This document shows positions 35,471 through 48,600 of a stretch of DNA of 64,000 nucleotides, piece after piece. The notes under the pieces were generated by a model that was not told the origin of the DNA, ran no database searches, and worked only from the letters and a program-made list of their open reading frames with translations. The translations under genes were made by a program, and so were the position numbers. The stretch is from NCBI GenBank assembly GCA_002269645.1, contig NIVC01000100.1, positions 950,208 through 1,014,207 on the forward strand, written 5' to 3'. How positions within the stretch are numbered: the first letter of the stretch is position 1; every line of letters begins with the position of its first letter. Origin of the DNA: Macrostomum lignano. Taxonomy: Eukaryota.

Positions 35471-35884
35471 TTACCCCTTATTTTGGATTATTTTTTACAC
35501 ATTTAATTTAATTTCTTTTCTGTCTGTCTGTCTTACTAGACAACCAATTTTAATCAGGTGACGATGGTAAGCTGTACGTATCATAATAATTCAATTGTCA
35601 AACTGTTAATTGTGGCATTTTGTATTGTCTAACGCTCGTAATGGTAGTTAGCAGTTTGCGATTCTTTCGAAAAAAATCCGTGCGTTGACGTTTGTCATAA
35701 ATAAATTTATTAATTAAATTCAAAAATTTTGTGCTTAAGCTCTCAAGGATAACTCCTTGTACTCCAGTTACTCCAGTACAGTGGCGTAGTTAGTTAAATC
35801 TAAATTAAACCAAAGGAACCAAGGCTTGACGAATGAAAGGAGCTCAACTCTTGCCACCTCTCGGATCTGGTTTCCACCGGCACA

Positions 35885-36210
35885 GGAGACAGGGGTAGAG
35901 GTTCCAGAGACAGGGGTAGAGGTTCCAGAGACAGGGGTAGAGGTTCCAGAGACAGGGGTAGAGGTGCCAGAGACAGGGGTAGGGGTGCCAGAGACAGGGG
36001 TAGAGGTGCCAGAGACAGGGGTAGGGGTGCCAGAGACAGGGGTAGAGGTGCCAGAGACAGGGGCGCCCACCAAGAGACAGGGACACCCACCAAGAGACAG
36101 GGACACCCACCAAGAGACAGGGACACCCACCAAGAGACAGGGACACCCACCAAGAGACAGGGACACCCACCAAGAGACAGGGGTGCCCACCAAGAGACAG
36201 GGGTGCCCAC
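35885..36210. repeat. Adjacent 21-bp (GAGACAGGGGTAGAGGTTCCA)n and 20-bp (GAGACAGGGACACCCACCAA)n arrays
   Basis: Direct reading; shared GAGACAGGG core. Confidence 0.93.
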
Positions 36211-36319
36211 ATTAAAATTGTTTAAATTGGCTTGAACTCGTCGCTGCACTACAATCAGTAGGCCAAATTGAATTTTTAAATTGAAATTTTCGTTTAAACC
36301 AAGGACCACTAGAAGTTAC

Positions 36320-36660
36320 CTCCCTCCTCTCCTCTCCCCTCCTCTCCTCTCCTCTCCCCTCCTCTCCTCTCCTCTCCCCTCCTCTCCTCTCCCCTCCTCT
36401 CCTCTCCCCTCCTCTCCTCTCCCCTCCTCTCCTCTCCTCTCCTCTCCTCTCCCCTCCTCTCCTCTCCCCTCCTCTCCTCTCCCTCCTCTTCTCTCCCCTC
36501 CTCTCCTCTCCCCTCCTCTCCTCTCCCCTCCTCTCCTCTCCCCTCCTCTCCTCTCCCCTCCTCTCCTCTCCCCTCCTCTCCTCTCCTCTCCTCTCCTCTC
36601 CCCTCCTCTCCTCTCCCTCCTCTCCTCTCCCCTCCTCTTCTCTCCCCTCCTCTTCTCTCG
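36320..36660. repeat. Polypyrimidine (CCTCT/CTCCC)n tract
   Basis: Direct reading. Confidence 0.95.
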
Positions 36661-36661
36661 T

Positions 36662-37388
36662 CATATCACAGAATATCACAAACCCGAAATATCATAAACC
36701 CGAAATATCACAAACCCGAAATATCCTAAACCCGAAATAGCATAAACCCGAAATATCATAAACCCGAAATATCATAAACCCGAGATATCAAACCCGAAAT
36801 ATCATAAACCCGAAATAGCATAAACACGAAATAGCATAAACACGAAATATCATAAAGCCGAAATATCACAAACCCGAAATATCATGAACCGAAATAGCAT
36901 AAACCCGAAATATCAAACCCGAAATATCATAAACCCGAAATAGAATAAACACGAAATATCATAAACCCGAAATATCATAAACCCGAAATATCACAAACCC
37001 GAAATATCATAAACCCGAAATAGCATAAACCCGAAATATCAAACCCGAAATATCATAAACCCGAAATAGCATAAGCTCGAAATATCAAACCCGAAATATC
37101 ATAAACCCGAAATATCATAAACCCGAAATAGCATAAACCCGAAATATCAAACCCGAAATATCATAAACCCGAAATATCAAACCCGAAATAGCACAAACCC
37201 GAAATATCATAAACCCGAAATATCATAAACCCGAAATATCATAAACCCGAAATATCATAAACCCGAAATATCACAAACCCGAAATATCATAAACCCGAAA
37301 TATCACAAACCCGAAATATCACAAACCCGAAATATCATAAACCCGAAATATCACAAACCCGAAATATCACAAACCCGAAATTTCACAG
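36662..37388. repeat. 16-bp repeat (AAACCCGAAATATCAT)n
   Basis: Direct reading; an inverted array of the same unit lies at 43370-43836. Confidence 0.95.
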
Positions 37389-37431
37389 AACAGAGCAGCA
37401 GGCTGAGGTCGCCGTGGGGCCGGAGGTTCCA

Positions 37432-37821
37432 CTCGAGCCAAGGCTGGCTCGACCAGTTCTTTTGCTGGTCCCGTTGCTCGCCAAAGCCCGCAAATCCCCA
37501 GGGCCCTGCCATCAGCCGGTGTGTCAGAGGCATCGCGGAGCACTTCATGCTGTGAATGCCCCGCCTTTACTCAGGACAGGCTCACCTACCTCGGCCCAAA
37601 CCCGGACCTCTCCGACGTTTTAAGGCCGAGAATCTCTGCCAGCTCGTCCGCTACCTAAGGGCTACCGGCGAGCGACAATCCACCTCCTGGACTCCCCGGA
37701 GGGGACCGCGCTGCGGACACCGGCGCCACCGGAACTCCCTGCGCGACACCGCAGCATTAGACAACACCGCTGCATGCAGATGCTGGGACCCCCTGCAGCT
37801 CAGTCATGCAAGTCAAGTCAA
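37432..37821 (+). mobile_element. Degenerate 3' fragment of an RNase H-type LINE (same family as 39222-41329)
   Basis: AKAGSTSSFAGP and (frameshifted) EHF..CECPAFTQDRLTYLGPNPDLSDVFKAENLCQLVRYLRATG align with the main copy. 3' end GGACCCCCTGCAGCTCAGTCATGCAAGTCAAGTCAA. Confidence 0.75.
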
Positions 37822-39221
37822 GGGCCAGATAGATAAAAAATCTAAAGCACATGGCTGCGGGCCGTGAAGAGAAAGAAGACAGCTGAGAAAAGACACACGC
37901 CTTGAGCAGGCTGGATTGCTATTGTGAAGCTTCAAAGGACCCGGGGGCGGAAAGAGAGGCTTTTAGCCCCCATAGATGGTAGACTGAGGTTGGAATTGAG
38001 GACTTGCAGTGCCCACTCTTATACAATCGAAGCAATGTTTTCAGCGATCACTCGCGCAAATTGCAATGCCCAGGGCTTAAGACAGTAAGTCCTACGTTTA
38101 TGAAGGCATCCAGAAGACGAATGTTTTAAGAGGCCAAACTTAAAGGCTGGAGAAATATTCGCTATGATTGAGTAGTTAGCCATTTTAATTCATGTTGAGC
38201 CATGGCTTGCAACATGGGCACGCTTCCCATCTTGCTAAACTGGGCACATGTAGTGTGAGCATCTTTTGCGTGTATTTTGTTAGTTAATTGATTGTATTAG
38301 TTTCTATATTGTTAATTATTATTTTGCTTCAATTTAGTCACGCGGTCTAATGTACTTTTTTCTTGTTAGTTAAAATCTAAATTTGTAAACAGTTTAGAAG
38401 TTAGACGCCAATTCTGTGACTCAGCGGAGGGTTGAGTTTTTCTGCGAACCCCAGCTTTGCGCGGCCAGCCAATCAGAACCGGCCTGGACCCTGGCACGCG
38501 GCAAGTTCCAGTTCTACCCGGCGCCGCGGGCACAGTGCAAATCGGCTTAGCGGGCGGCCGGCCAGACGACCACCACCCGGCTTGAGGGGGAGGGGGTTTT
38601 GAGGGTTTGACTCTGACTATATATGAAAGTGTGTTTGGCAATCAGATCTCACTTCTGTTTTTCCGTCCCCGGTTTTGATTTTTGTCCCGGCTTTCCGGCC
38701 GCTTGCCCTTGTTTTGGTTCGCGCTTTGAGGCGCTTGAGTTCATCACCCCCGGTCCATATTTTTGTCCCGCCCGACCGCTTCAGTCTTGTAGTGTAACGT
38801 AGCGTAACTTCTGTCTGAAGTCATCGCTATCAAGCGCGGTTAAATAGAGACTGTCGGATCTGATCAAGTACGCGGCCTCGACCCCGAGGGCCTCAGTGTC
38901 ACACTGAAGGGCAGCGCTGATAGAATTTAGTCAGTGCTCCGTTGAACGGTCAATTCGGCAGGGCTCTCGTTCGAGTGTAGGTTTTGGTTTAGGCCAGGGG
39001 TTAGGAGTCTTCTCCGTGGGCCCGTGTGCGGTTTCTTCTTCTTCAGCTGAGATCCGCTTGCCAGTTGCGTAATTAATTAGTTATTAATCGTTATTATCAT
39101 CGGTGTCAATTTTATCTGCGCCGTGAATCGTATTAAGAACCCTGTAACTTTATATAACTTGTCAAATTAAATCGTCAAGTCAATTACTTATTAGCTATTC
39201 TCATTAGGATTATCACTCTCT

Positions 39222-41329
39222 TTGACTTAGCTGCAGGGTGGTCCGTAGACACAGCGGGGAGGCGAGGGTCGCCCATTCCGCTAGCCCCTGAAGGCCCGCA
39301 GACAGGCAGAGGCGTGGGGCCGGTCAGGGTGGTCCGCCGGTCCGTCCTGCAGCGTGATCTTCCGTTGGGAAGAAACTGGCTCGTCTAGTCGCCCGAAGGA
39401 ACTGGATGAGCCGTGGGATGCTGTCGGGCTGGCAAACCTCGTCAATGGACGGGTTCGGCCCGAGGTAGCGTAGCCGGTCTCTGTTAAAGAAAGGGCAGTG
39501 ACAGACAAAGTGCTGAGCATCTTCATTGTCGCACTCGCAAAAGGGGCAAATTTCGCTCTCGAGGTCGCCTCGGAGGAAGCAGTGCCTGGCGAGGTAGCCA
39601 TGGCCGGTAAGGGTCATGACAAGGGCTCGAATATCCTTCCGATTCTGGTTCAGAAGGATGTTTCTGAGCCTGTGAGACGGGCAAGGAACCGCGGCACGAG
39701 ATTGCCGGCAGTTTTGGGTGCCCGCCCATCTGTCCCTGTGGAGGGAGTCAGCCCAGTCGTCGATCTGACGATTGATGACTGTCAAGGGCATAGGGACCAG
39801 GGGGCAGGGCCGAAAAAAGAGCCAGAGCCGCCCCTCTTGGCGAGGGTGTCTGCCAGCTCGTTCCCCGGAAACCCTGCGTGCCCTGGGATCCACTTCAGCC
39901 TGACAGTATTGCTTCTGGCCAGGAGGTTGAGCTGCCGGGCGCAGTCGGCGACTGTCCGGGAGTTCGTTGTGGTGTGGCAAAGGGCCTGTAAGGCCGCTTG
40001 GCTGTCGGAGTGGATGACAATAGTCTTTCCTCTCGTAACCTTGGCGTTTAGCTCTGCAGCGCAAGAGCTGATGGCAAGGACTTCGTTCTGGAAGACTGTG
40101 GAGAGTCTACCAGTGTGCTGGGCATGCGTGGCAATTACGCGGCCGTTGATGATGATGCAGACCCCAAAGCCGGCGCGACCGTCTTTGATGGATCCGTCCG
40201 TGTAGCAATGGACCTCCTGGAAATTCCAGTGGTCATTGGCAGCATCCCTAGAGGGGATGGTGACCTTGTAGCGCTGAAAGAGGTTGAGAGTGCGGGGTTC
40301 GCCGTCAGATAGGACGTGGAGCCCGCCGCTGTCTCTCAAGTCCTTGAGGCAGAGGTCAGCGTGGGGCAGAAGCTTGCGCTTAGCCATGGCCCTATGGGGC
40401 TGGATTCGAATGCCAGCGTCAGCTAGACGGCGGGCAGTCTTAGCCGCTTCCCTGCGGACAAAGATGTCCAGCGGAGGAATGTTGAGGAAGGCGTTGAGGC
40501 CATCGTAAGGAGCAGACGGAGGGGCGCTCATGATCGTGCGACAAGCGCGCCCTTGCGCTCTCCTGAGAGCCTCTAGACAGGTCTTTATCTGCAGGGCGCT
40601 AGCCCAGATCAGGCCGCCATACGAGATAGCGGGCCTAACCATTGCAGTGTAGATCCACCAGAGGCGCTTGGGGGTGAGCCCCCAGGTGGTGCCGACGGCC
40701 CTGCGCAATTGCGCGAGGACTGCGAAGGCCTTTTTGGCTTTTGTTTGAACGTGGGGAGACCAGTTCAGCCTGTGGTCCAGGGTAATACCCAGACATTTAG
40801 TCTGCTTGCAGAAGGGGATTTCCCTTCCGTAAAGCGTGAGCGGCCGAATCTGCCACTTGGTCCTGCTGGTGAACATGATCGCTGCGGTCTTAGTCTCAGA
40901 GAGCCTTAAACCACAGCGGTCCGCCCATTGCTCAGCAGCGTAGATGAAGTTCTGAAGAAGGTCCCTGAGGGTATCAGGGGACGGACCAGATGCCACCGCG
41001 GTGACATCGTCCGCATATCCAACTTTCAGAATGGGGTCAGGCCGAACATCCCGGAGGAGCTCATCGATGACCATATTCCAGAGAACTGGAGACAGCACCC
41101 CACCTTGCGGGCTACCTTTGCAGACGGGGACCGTCCTCTGGTAGCCCAGCAGACTGGCGGTGGCCGTGCGATGGCTGATCATGTACATGATCCATCTGGT
41201 GAGATGTGAGTGCGTTAGCCTCTCACAAAGAGCTCTTCGGAACGCCTCAAAGAGGACGTTATCGAAGGCGCCAATGATGTCCAGGAAGATCCCCAGAGCA
41301 AAGCCACTACCAAGCACGGCCTTCTCGAG
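39222..41329 (-). mobile_element. 5'-truncated non-LTR retrotransposon (LOA/I-group-like): RT C-terminal half, RNase H and CCHC finger
   Basis: FLDIIGAFDNV, GSPQGGVLSPVLWN, YADD; RNase H YTDGS/VFQNE/SDSQAAL/WIPGHAGFPGNELAD; CPFC..EDAQHFVCHC. One -1 frameshift near 39805. 12-bp TSD TTATCACTCTCT at 39210-39221 and 41330-41341. Confidence 0.93.
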
Positions 41330-41815
41330 TTATCACTCTCTAAATCTATTCGGTTCGTGTTCCATCGCGTTCTTTCTTTTCTTGTACTGTACCTGCGGCT
41401 ATTGGAGAAAGACTGGTAGGACTCGCCGACCGGCGATAGGCGATTAGGGCCAATAGCTTTAAAATCTCTGAACGCTCCAAGTAGGTTTGTTTGTCTAGGG
41501 CCTAAATAATTGCTTATCGTGCATGCTATATACATTTATTGTATCTATCAAACACATACAATATTTTCATCAAATAGCTCTATTGTCCAGCTTCTGTGGC
41601 AAGCAGTGAGAGATGAAGAAATGGAGACCAAATTAAAAAGCAGAGCTAGGCAATTCGCAGTCTGCGTGCCACGTAAAGAATTGCATCGAAAGCGTGCACG
41701 CGCGCTTGGTGCGTTTTAGAGAGAGTTGTTTATAAAAGCAGCTGACCCGAAGCAGCGCATTTCTGTTTCAATTAGGAAAGATTAAATTTTATTCAGGCCT
41801 CACAAAACCAAACAC

Positions 41816-42010
41816 ATGAAGATGTAACTTGGCATCGCACTGCTGTTGACCCTGTTCCTGGTGTCCGAACTGGCAGCCAGCAACCAGTGGGAGCAGCCGG
41901 ACGAGCCCGACACGCTTGACGCCCTCGCAAGCGTTATCAAACATTGTGAAACACGACTGAAAACTGTTTTTTATTTACAGGCTAACACCATACGGACTAA
42001 TAGCAACTAA
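41816..42010 (+). pseudogene. Small secreted-peptide-like ORF with premature stop at codon 4
   Basis: ATG AAG ATG TAA, then LGIALLLTLFLVSELAASNQWEQPDEPDTLDAL. TATAAAAG at 41731 and AATAAA at 42032. Confidence 0.4.
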
Positions 42011-42344
42011 AGTGCTATTACTAACAATTATAATAAAGTAATTTGTTCACTAAGTTATGTGAACACACGTAGGCAGGGGGGTTACTGTCTTTGTATTTTG
42101 CTTCCATCGCTAACATCAGAGATGGATTCATGTCTCTGGCGCCCTCCCTAAAGTGAATCCTGGCTACACACCTGCACATAGGGAGATCAAAAACCGTTCT
42201 TTTCTTTCATTGTTAGAAAGTTAAGATAGCTGTGTCAGAGTTCGTCTACTAATGAGTAGAAAGTATAGAATGTGACTCGAAAGATGTCAAAGAAATGGCG
42301 CCCATGACAGAGTGCGGAGTTTTAAAGTATCTAAGTATACGAGC

Positions 42345-42888
42345 GTAGTCTTCGGTGTCGAATACGGAGACTCGTTTGGTAGCCCGGAGAAACCGGGTGA
42401 GCCGTGGGATGTTCTCGGGCCGGCAAGCGTCGTTCAGGGACGGGTTGGGCCCGAGGTGGTTGAGCCGGTCTCAGTTGAAGGCCGGGCAGTGGCAGACGAA
42501 GTGCTTGGCGTCTTAGTTCTCAAGGTTGCAGAAGGGGCAGAGTTCGCTCAGCGGGCGCTTCGGAGGAAGCAGTGCCTGGCAAAGCAACCGTGACCCGTGA
42601 AGATCATAGTGAGAGCGCGGATATCTTTTCGATTTGGTTCAAAAGATTTTCTGCAGCTTGGGGACGGGTTGGGCACTGCCGCACGGGATTTTGGCGGCAG
42701 TTGGAAATGCCATCCCATCTGCGCAGGTGCCAGGATGTCCGCCCAGTCGTTAATCTGACGATTAATGACCGTGGCGGGGATGGGGGCCAGAGGCACGGGG
42801 CCAAGGAGCGAGCTGGAGCTACCCGTCTTAGCGAGGGAGTCAGCGAGCTCGTTACCTTTGAAACCAGCGTGTCCTGGGACCCTCCTCT
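42345..42888 (-). mobile_element. Second diverged 3' fragment of the same LINE family (RNase H end and CCHC)
   Basis: PGHAGFKGNELADSLAK, NRKDIRALTMIFTGHGCFARHCFL, EHFVCHCPAFN-stop-DRLNHLGPNP; frameshifts and a stop. Confidence 0.85.
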
Positions 42889-43208
42889 TCTCTCCCCTCT
42901 TCTCTCCCCTCCTCTTCTCTCCCCTCCTCTTCTCTCCCCTCTTCTCTCCCCTCCTCTTCTCTCCCTCCTCTTCTCTCCCCTCCTCTTCTCTCCCCTCTTC
43001 TCTCCCATCCTCTTCTCTCTCCTCCTCTCCCTCATCTTCTCTCCCCTCCTCTTCTCTCCCCTCTTCTCCTCTCCCCTCCTCTCCTCTCCCCTCCTCTCCC
43101 CTCCTCTTCTCTCCCCTCCTCTCCTCTCCCCTCCTCTCCTCTCCCCTCCTCTCCTCTCCCCTCTTCTCTCTCCTCTTCTCTCCCCTTCTCTTCTCTCCCC
43201 TCCTCTTC
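42889..43208. repeat. Polypyrimidine (CTCTC/CCTCT)n tract
   Basis: Direct reading; abuts the 5'-truncated end of the LINE fragment. Confidence 0.95.
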
Positions 43209-43273
43209 TAAATAGGAAGATTACTTAGAAACGTGTCTGTCTGCTCTGCTCTCTGTGTAAATTCAAGGGTCGT

Positions 43274-43836
43274 CATCACAAACCCGAAACATCACAGCTC
43301 CGAAAACACTTCCCATTATAAACCCGAAATATCATTACTCCGAAAGATCTCGAACGCCCAATGGTTTTTGTTTTTCGGGTTTGTGATGTTTCGGGTTTAT
43401 GATATTTCGGGTTTATGATATTTCGGGTTTATGATATTTCGGGTTTATGATATTTCGGGTTTATGATATTTCGGGTTTATGATATTTCGGTTTTATGATA
43501 TTTCGGGTTTATGATATTTCGGTTTTATGATATTTCGGGTTTATGATATTTCGGGTTTATGATATTTCGGGTTTATGATATTTCGGGTTTATGATATTTC
43601 GGGTTTATGATATTTCGAGTTTATGATATTTCGGGTTTATGATATTTCGGGTTTATGATATTTCGGGTTTATGATATTTCGGGTTTATGATATTTCGGGT
43701 TTATGATATTTCGGGTTTATGATATTTCGGGTTTATGATATTTCGGGTTTATGATATTTCGGGTTTATGATATTTCGGGTTTATGATATTTCGGGTTTAT
43801 GATATTTCGGGTTTATGATATTTCGGGTTTGTGATG
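43274..43836. mobile_element. TIR-bounded element whose right subterminal 16-bp motif has expanded into an array (TTTCGGGTTTATGATA)n
   Basis: CATCACAAACCCGAAA at 43274 and its exact reverse complement ending at 43836; inward-facing copies of the motif on both sides. No TSD identified. Confidence 0.65.
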
Positions 43837-44024
43837 CCCCGCCCCCTCCAATACAAAGGACCTGGACCTGGCCGAGTTTAGCGTTTGGTTATGCCACCTT
43901 GATATCATGGCTGATCTCACATGAATTTGTCTCCAACTTTTGTAACAATAAACATGAATCAATTTTACACGGAGGAAAAACCGTTTAATCCTCCATCTTC
44001 ACTGGATGGAGGGCTTTCATTTCA

Positions 44025-44185
44025 GGAGGTGCCATTCCGTTTTAGAGGGCGCCATTTCCATTGAGGAGCGCCATTTCATTTGAAAAGGCGCCATTTCGTT
44101 TGAGGGGGCGCCATTTAATTTGAGGGGGCGCCATTTAATTTGAGGGGGCGCCATTTCAGTTGAGGGGCACCATTTCATTTGAGAA
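44025..44185. repeat. 20-bp GGCGCC-core repeat, inverted orientation
   Basis: GAGGGGGCGCCATTTCATTT units. Confidence 0.85.
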
Positions 44186-44457
44186 AACGCCCTGCCATTT
44201 CAAGACATGCTCCAGACACCAACAACCCCCTTCCATGCACTCAGAACACTCAGCCCCAAATGAGCGCAGCCAATGAGGTTGAGTCTACTCAATCCCGGCC
44301 AACCCCGCTCACTCCCTGCACTCAAAGCCTCACGTAGGGCCAATAAAATCCCTCTTGAGCCATTTATTAACAAGAATCCCAACAAAAACAGCAACACGAG
44401 AGACTGTGGGAGTTCTGAGTTTTGTAGAAGACAAGAAAACAGAAATCAACTCCAATC

Positions 44458-45653
44458 ATGTTCGGCATGGAAGCCATTTTGAACGAATCTGACGACTGCA
44501 AACGTGCATCTGCCGCTCTACAGAAGAAACTTGACGAGCATCTAATTGATGAAGAAGAAGATGCTGTTGATGTTGAATTAGCCGAAGAGAATAACTCCGA
44601 TAAGGAGTTGCCTGCGGTGCCAGCGACCGCCTCTGCTACTTCGACTGGAGCAGGACTCAAATTTGGAATGTCGGCAATTCTTGGCGAGTCAATGACGGCT
44701 CAATGTGAGTAGCAATTTAATTGATTTGTGCACCAATGCATAACAGGTAGCAGAATCTAACTGTATCTACCTAATAAACTACAATCTACCTAATAAACTA
44801 CCATCTACCTAATAAACTACCATCTACCTAATAAACTACCATCTACCTAATAGCACTACCATCTACCTAATAAACTACCATCTACCTAATAAACTACCAT
44901 CTACCTAATAAACTACCATCTACCTAATAAACTACCATCTACCTAATAGCACTACCATCTACCTAATAAACTACCATCTACCTAATAAACTACCTTCTAC
45001 CTAATAAACTACCATCTACCTAATAAACTACCATCTACCTAATAGCACTACCATCTACCTAATAAACTACCATCTACCTAATAGCACTACCATCTACCTA
45101 ATAAACTACCATCTACCTAATAAACTACCATCTACCTAATAAACTACCATCTACCTAATAAACTACCATCTACCTAATAAACTACCATCTACCTAATAAA
45201 CTACCATCTACCTAATAAACTACCATCTACCTAATAAACTACCATCTACCAAATAAACTACCATCTACCTAATAAACTACCATCTACCTAATAAACTACC
45301 ATCTACCTAATAAACTACCATCTACCTAATAAACTACCATCTACCTAATAAACTACCATCCACCTGCTAAAAACTACAATCTACCAAATAAACTAAAATC
45401 TATCTGAAAAACGACAATCTAAAATCTTATCTAATAATCTAGAATATAGAATTCATACAATTATTCAATTTAAAATTTATCAAATCTATCTACCTTAAGT
45501 GCAACCAGACCTGCAATCTGTCTAACCACCCAGTACATACCGCTCAAAAAAACAATTTTCAGCCACTTCATCCTCTGCTGCGTTGCCGCCACCGCCTCCC
45601 ACACTTCTGCCACCTCTGCTATTCGCTGGAGACCTGAGACACCTCATGTTTCT

Positions 45654-45696
<43 letters not shown>

Positions 45697-48600
45697 CATC
45701 AGCAGCAACATATAGAGGCCGCTATCTACTTTGGAAACTTATTGCATGGTAAGAATCTCTTATGTTTGACTGTATACATAGTGCATGCATTATTTGTTAC
45801 TGCATACTTTGGAATATTACTGAAACCCCTCCCAAAATATATGCAGGCGAAATGAAATGGCGCCCCTTATAATGGAATGGCGTCCCCCTCAAATGAAATG
45901 GCGCCCCCCTCAAATGAAATGGCGCCCCCCTCAAATGGAATGGTGCCCCCATCAAATGGAATGGCGCCCCCCTCAAATGGAACGGCGCCCCCTCAAATGA
46001 AATGGCGCCTCCAATCAAATGAAATGGCGCCCCCCTCAAATGGAATGGCACCCCCCTCAAATGGAATGGCGCCCCCCTCAAATGGAATGCGCCCCCCTCA
46101 AATGGAATGGCGCCCCCCTCAAAAGGAATGGCGCCCCCCTCAAATAAAATGGCGCCCCCCTCAAATGGAATGGCGCCCCCCTCAAATGGAATGGCGCCCC
46201 CCTCAAATGAAATGGCGCTCCCCTCAAATGGAATGGCGCCTCCAATCAAATGAAATGACGCCCCAATCAAAACAAAATGGCGCCCCTCAACACCACTCGC
46301 ACCCACTCCAATGAATATGTGGCATCACGAGTTGAATTTTACATATCTTACTTAAGACTGAGATAATAATTTTAACAAGATCAACTCACAGATGCCTTCA
46401 GTTGGTGATTTTTATGAACAAATTTAAATTAGGCTATTCATACTCATGTATGAATTGATTGAGACAGCTTACAAGAATACTTGTATAACCCCAACCAAAT
46501 GCAGTGATTTTGTGAAGTGCGGCCACTTATTGTCAATGCTATCATAATAATCCTACATAACATAGCTGGGGATTTCAAGTCCTTTGTCTTCAATTTGATT
46601 CTCCAACAGGGTTGGGCCGTTGAAGGGGGTCGTGTTGGTTAATTTTGTCTTAAGTATTACATCTATTATAAGAACTCTGAGTCCTAACTGAATTGGACAC
46701 TTAGGGTAAGAATGAATATGAAGTGTTCTCAAATCTTTTACGGTCGGGGAGCTAATTAAAACTGGAATTTCTAACATTTCTATAACATCTATAAGGCAGT
46801 TGCACAATTCTAAATTCCTGTTATAACAAAAAAGTCAAAGACCTGTTCAAGAATTCCACTTCAATTGAAGGGCAGGGCGAGTCTGGTTTGAATAACCAAT
46901 TAGTTGAAATTGTTAAAGTTGTGAATGATTCCAAATCGGTGAATAATAGCGAATGAAAAGAGGTGTCAAAAATTGTGGGCAAGTTTAATTGCTGTTAAAA
47001 TCTTTCAGCTAATCTAACAATTGAACTGGAATTAGAATGGCTGTCGAGAATGCATATTCAAATGGGAAAATTTCGCTTATAAAAGTGTCTAAATTCCGAG
47101 AGGGCATTGTCACGCGGTATAGTTCAGTTACAATGACTGGGATGTCTTGCTGACAATGGCTATAGTTGCATTGTGTTGTGTGCTGTGGTCAACTGCAGGC
47201 AGGCCACGTATCTCACACTTGGTGTCTAATTGATCCTTACACGATTGGTTGCGTAATCTCTATGAGGTAGTATATCTAGCATAATATTGTTGAGCTTGAG
47301 TCTGTTGTGTACACAGCTATATTTATCTATATTTGTTTAAATTATAACCGTCTTAAATGGCGAAAGCATGCGTGGAAGTTTCGTGTTAAGGTGGGACAGA
47401 TGGTGCCCAATTAGGTGATAAAACTATTTGTCATGGCGACAAGATATTGCTGTTGTTAGTTGATGCTGTTTGAAAGAGGTTTGAGATGAAAGAGAAAAGA
47501 GAGAATAGGAGAGGAGAGGAGAGGAGAGGAGAGGAGAAGAGAAGAGAAGAGAGGAGAGAGAGGAGAGGAGAGGAGAGGAGAGGAGATGAGAGAGAGGAGA
47601 GAGAGGAGAAGAGAGAGATGAGATGAGCTAAGTGAGACTCACAAGCCGTCCCCAGCAACAGCCCCAGCGCAGTCTCTTTCACCCCATCCCTCACAAAACC
47701 CACCCGCAGGCGGCTGTCCCAGCCTGCCGCCGCTGCCTCCGCCACCTCACTCGATGTCAAGCGGCACCTCAGTTGGAGTCTCCATGCCGCCGAGCTCCGC
47801 CCTGGCAACCACAGCCATCGCCGAATCCGCTGCAAACTTCTACCAGCCTCCGCATCAGCAGCCGCACCATCAGAGCCAGCATCCTCATCCTCATCATCAT
47901 CATCAGCAGCAGCAGCACTTTGCCATGCTTCAGCAGCACTGCGGAGCCGCTGCAGCCGCAGCTGCCGCCGCCGCGGCTGCCGCAGCATTTCGAGGCAAGC
48001 CGCGTCGCGGGATGCTCAGACGGGCGGTGTTCAGCGACCAGCAGCGGAAAGGCCTGGAGAAGATGTTCCAGCGGCAGAAGTACATCAGCAAGCCCGACAG
48101 GAAGAAGCTGGCTGACAAACTCGGATTGAAAGACTCGCAGGTGAGTGGATAGAGAGAGACTTGCTCTTTGCGGAGGGTGATAAAAGTATCGGTGAAATTG
48201 CGATTATTTTGATATTTTGAGTTCAGGGGCTAAGTTTTCATGAGATGAAAAGGAATTGAAGTTTATTGCCAAAAGACTAGATTATAATGAGATTTGCGTG
48301 TGATTCAGGTAAGATTTAGGTGAGATTCGGGTGAGATTTGGGTGAGATGTGAGTGAAATTTGGGTGAGATTCGGGTGAGATTTGAGGGAGATTTTGGTGA
48401 GATTTGTGTAAGATTCGGGTGAGATTTGTGTGAGATTCGGATGAGATTTGTGTGAAATTCGGGTGAGATTTGTGTGAGATTCGGGTGAGATTTGTGTGAG
48501 ATTCGGGTGAGATTTGTGTGAGATTCGGATGAGATTTGTGTGAGATTCGGGTGAGATTTGTGTGAGATTCGGGTGAGATTTGTGTAAGATTCGGGTGAGA

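Noticed and set aside
36662-37388. AAACCCG units as plant-type telomeric repeat
   Set aside because: The unit is 16 bp with AAATATCAT and traces to subterminal repeats of the TIR element at 43274.
38420-39200. Possible solo LTR (TGTAAC...GTCACA at about 38793-38902, CCAAT and TATA-like motifs nearby)
   Set aside because: No TSD, no PBS/PPT and no second copy in the window; left unannotated.
39498-40205. 235-aa plus-strand ORF and other antisense ORFs over the LINE and PolB
   Set aside because: Shadow frames of GC-rich coding sequence with no recognisable motifs.
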